Shown piece after piece: positions 62,591 through 64,000 of a stretch of DNA of 64,000 nucleotides. Positions within the stretch are counted from its first letter, which is position 1. Each line of letters starts with the position of its first letter. Source of the DNA: Octopus sinensis (lineage: Eukaryota); the NCBI RefSeq assembly GCF_006345805.1, contig NC_043020.1:17794001-17858000 (forward strand). The letters run 5' to 3'. The translations under genes and the position numbers were made by a program. The notes below the pieces were generated by a model. It made no database searches. It had not been told where the DNA came from and was given only the letters and a program-made list of their open reading frames with translations.

Positions 62591-64000
62591 GCAGCAGCCG
62601 TTCAAGAATGTGGACCTGGAGATCTCCATTTCCAGCGACTTTGAGGGCCACCTCCCAGTGGTGTCGGGCGTCAACAAAGAGCCCTCGACTACAACAAGGC
62701 GACCAAAGTTTTTTTTTTTTTCCCAGGTCTGGGGTCTCCCACCCCTTAGCCCTAGACCATCACCTAATCACTCTTACCCGTCTTGTTGCTTAACAACAGC
62801 AACAACAAAAATCTGCGGCAGCAACCCCTGCACTGGAGAATCCAACACAATGCACTGAAGAAGACGTGGGCAAAACAAATTTAAGAAGACCTGAAGCTTT
62901 GACCTCATGGATGCTAAGGTCAGCACATGGATTGGAATGGTAGAATAACATCATCCCCAGAGTCTGTCATCCAGCAGCATATTGGTTGAGAGGACAGCCT
63001 CCCTCTCTAATCGCCAGCTAGGATTTTACTTGCTTGAGTTGTAGTTTACCAATCCTGAAAAGATGAGGAGCTCGCCCACATACTTTATTCAAGGATACCT
63101 TGTAATTAAAGTTTTGGTGAGCCTAATCTTCAAAAGATAACAAGGATGTATTTTAGCTCTTCAAAAGCACGGCATTAATCCCAGTACTTGACTGTTACTT
63201 TTCATTTCATCAATCCCCTGTGGGGTGGATGAAAAACAAAATTGATTTCGGTAAGATTTGAATTTCAAAATGTAACCGAAAAAAAAAAATTTTTAAATGT
63301 TGCACTCAGCTGAACTGTGAACATGAAATTCGTTGACTGTCTGTAACGAAAATAACATCATTATTTGAAACAAAAAACATTTAAACTTCCTCAATGTTGA
63401 GTTTCAGGACAAGGGTGAGAACAGCTGTTGCAGGAAGTTAAGGTAAAACACACACATATATATATATAAGGCTTGTGTGTTTATACACACAGAAACACAC
63501 AAGGCCTGTGATGCTGCTGTAGTAATTAGCTGTAATTACTAGAGCAATTTAATGGTTGGCTTGTCAGGGTAAATAGCTCGGAGCAAAGCTTCTCTCGTGA
63601 AGCAAAACTACAGCAAAAGGATATTTCGAGATGAGCAGTGATGGTGGTGATAATGATTGGATTTTGTTGGTAGGGAATGAGGTGATTTGTGGTTATGCTG
63701 GTGGAGTTGCCAGAGTATAATGAATTGAAGAGAGCATTCTTAGTCAGCTTTTGATGGTGGAGGAGGGGCACTAGTTCCTGCTCAATAAACATGTGGTGGA
63801 AATTTTGTAAAGAAGTTGGTTAACATATCTTTAGACTGAAAACATGAACTTTTCTTTTGTGAATAGAAAAAAAAAAGCTTCCTCCAGTTTTTTCTTGTAA
63901 TTAAAATGTTTCGGTGAGTTTAATCTACAAAAAATAATGAGGCTTATTTTCACAATTCAAAGGCATTTTTATACCTCAATCACCACCATCATCATTTTAA

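Noticed and set aside
63777-63830. Possible terminal exon of a convergent minus-strand gene (TTTTCAG|SKDMLTNFFTKFPPHVY*)
   Set aside because: The acceptor is plausible, but 17 codons with no recognised homology cannot be supported without transcript data.

Overview
AT-rich animal genomic DNA. The SINE/RTE repertoire and (TA)n/(CA)n load point to a coleoid cephalopod, most likely Octopus (inference). Two protein-coding genes are supported, both on +. (1) A single-exon CDS (ATG 152 to stop 3904) encoding a PRRT3/PRRT4-like 7-TM protein with a signal peptide, furin site and long Ser/Thr-rich ectodomain. (2) A complete six-exon TDP2 gene (26137-57560, 367 aa), reconstructed with GT-AG phases that all match. 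Most of the rest is transposon-derived: at least three tRNA-SINE families, RTE and CR1 LINE pieces, Tc1, mariner, maT and Merlin remnants, piggyBac MITEs, non-autonomous Helitrons and an LTR with a tRNA-Trp PBS. The main unlisted signal is a set of eight minimal type I hammerhead-ribozyme motifs in short Penelope/retrozyme-like repeats. These include a divergent pair forming a 68-bp hairpin, a CUGUAGA core variant shared by two copies, and a 345-bp tandem pair. TDP2 intron 1 also contains a 4-kb nested inverted/direct repeat structure. No CRISPR array, rRNA or genuine tRNA gene was found. Family assignments come from remembered motifs, not database searches.
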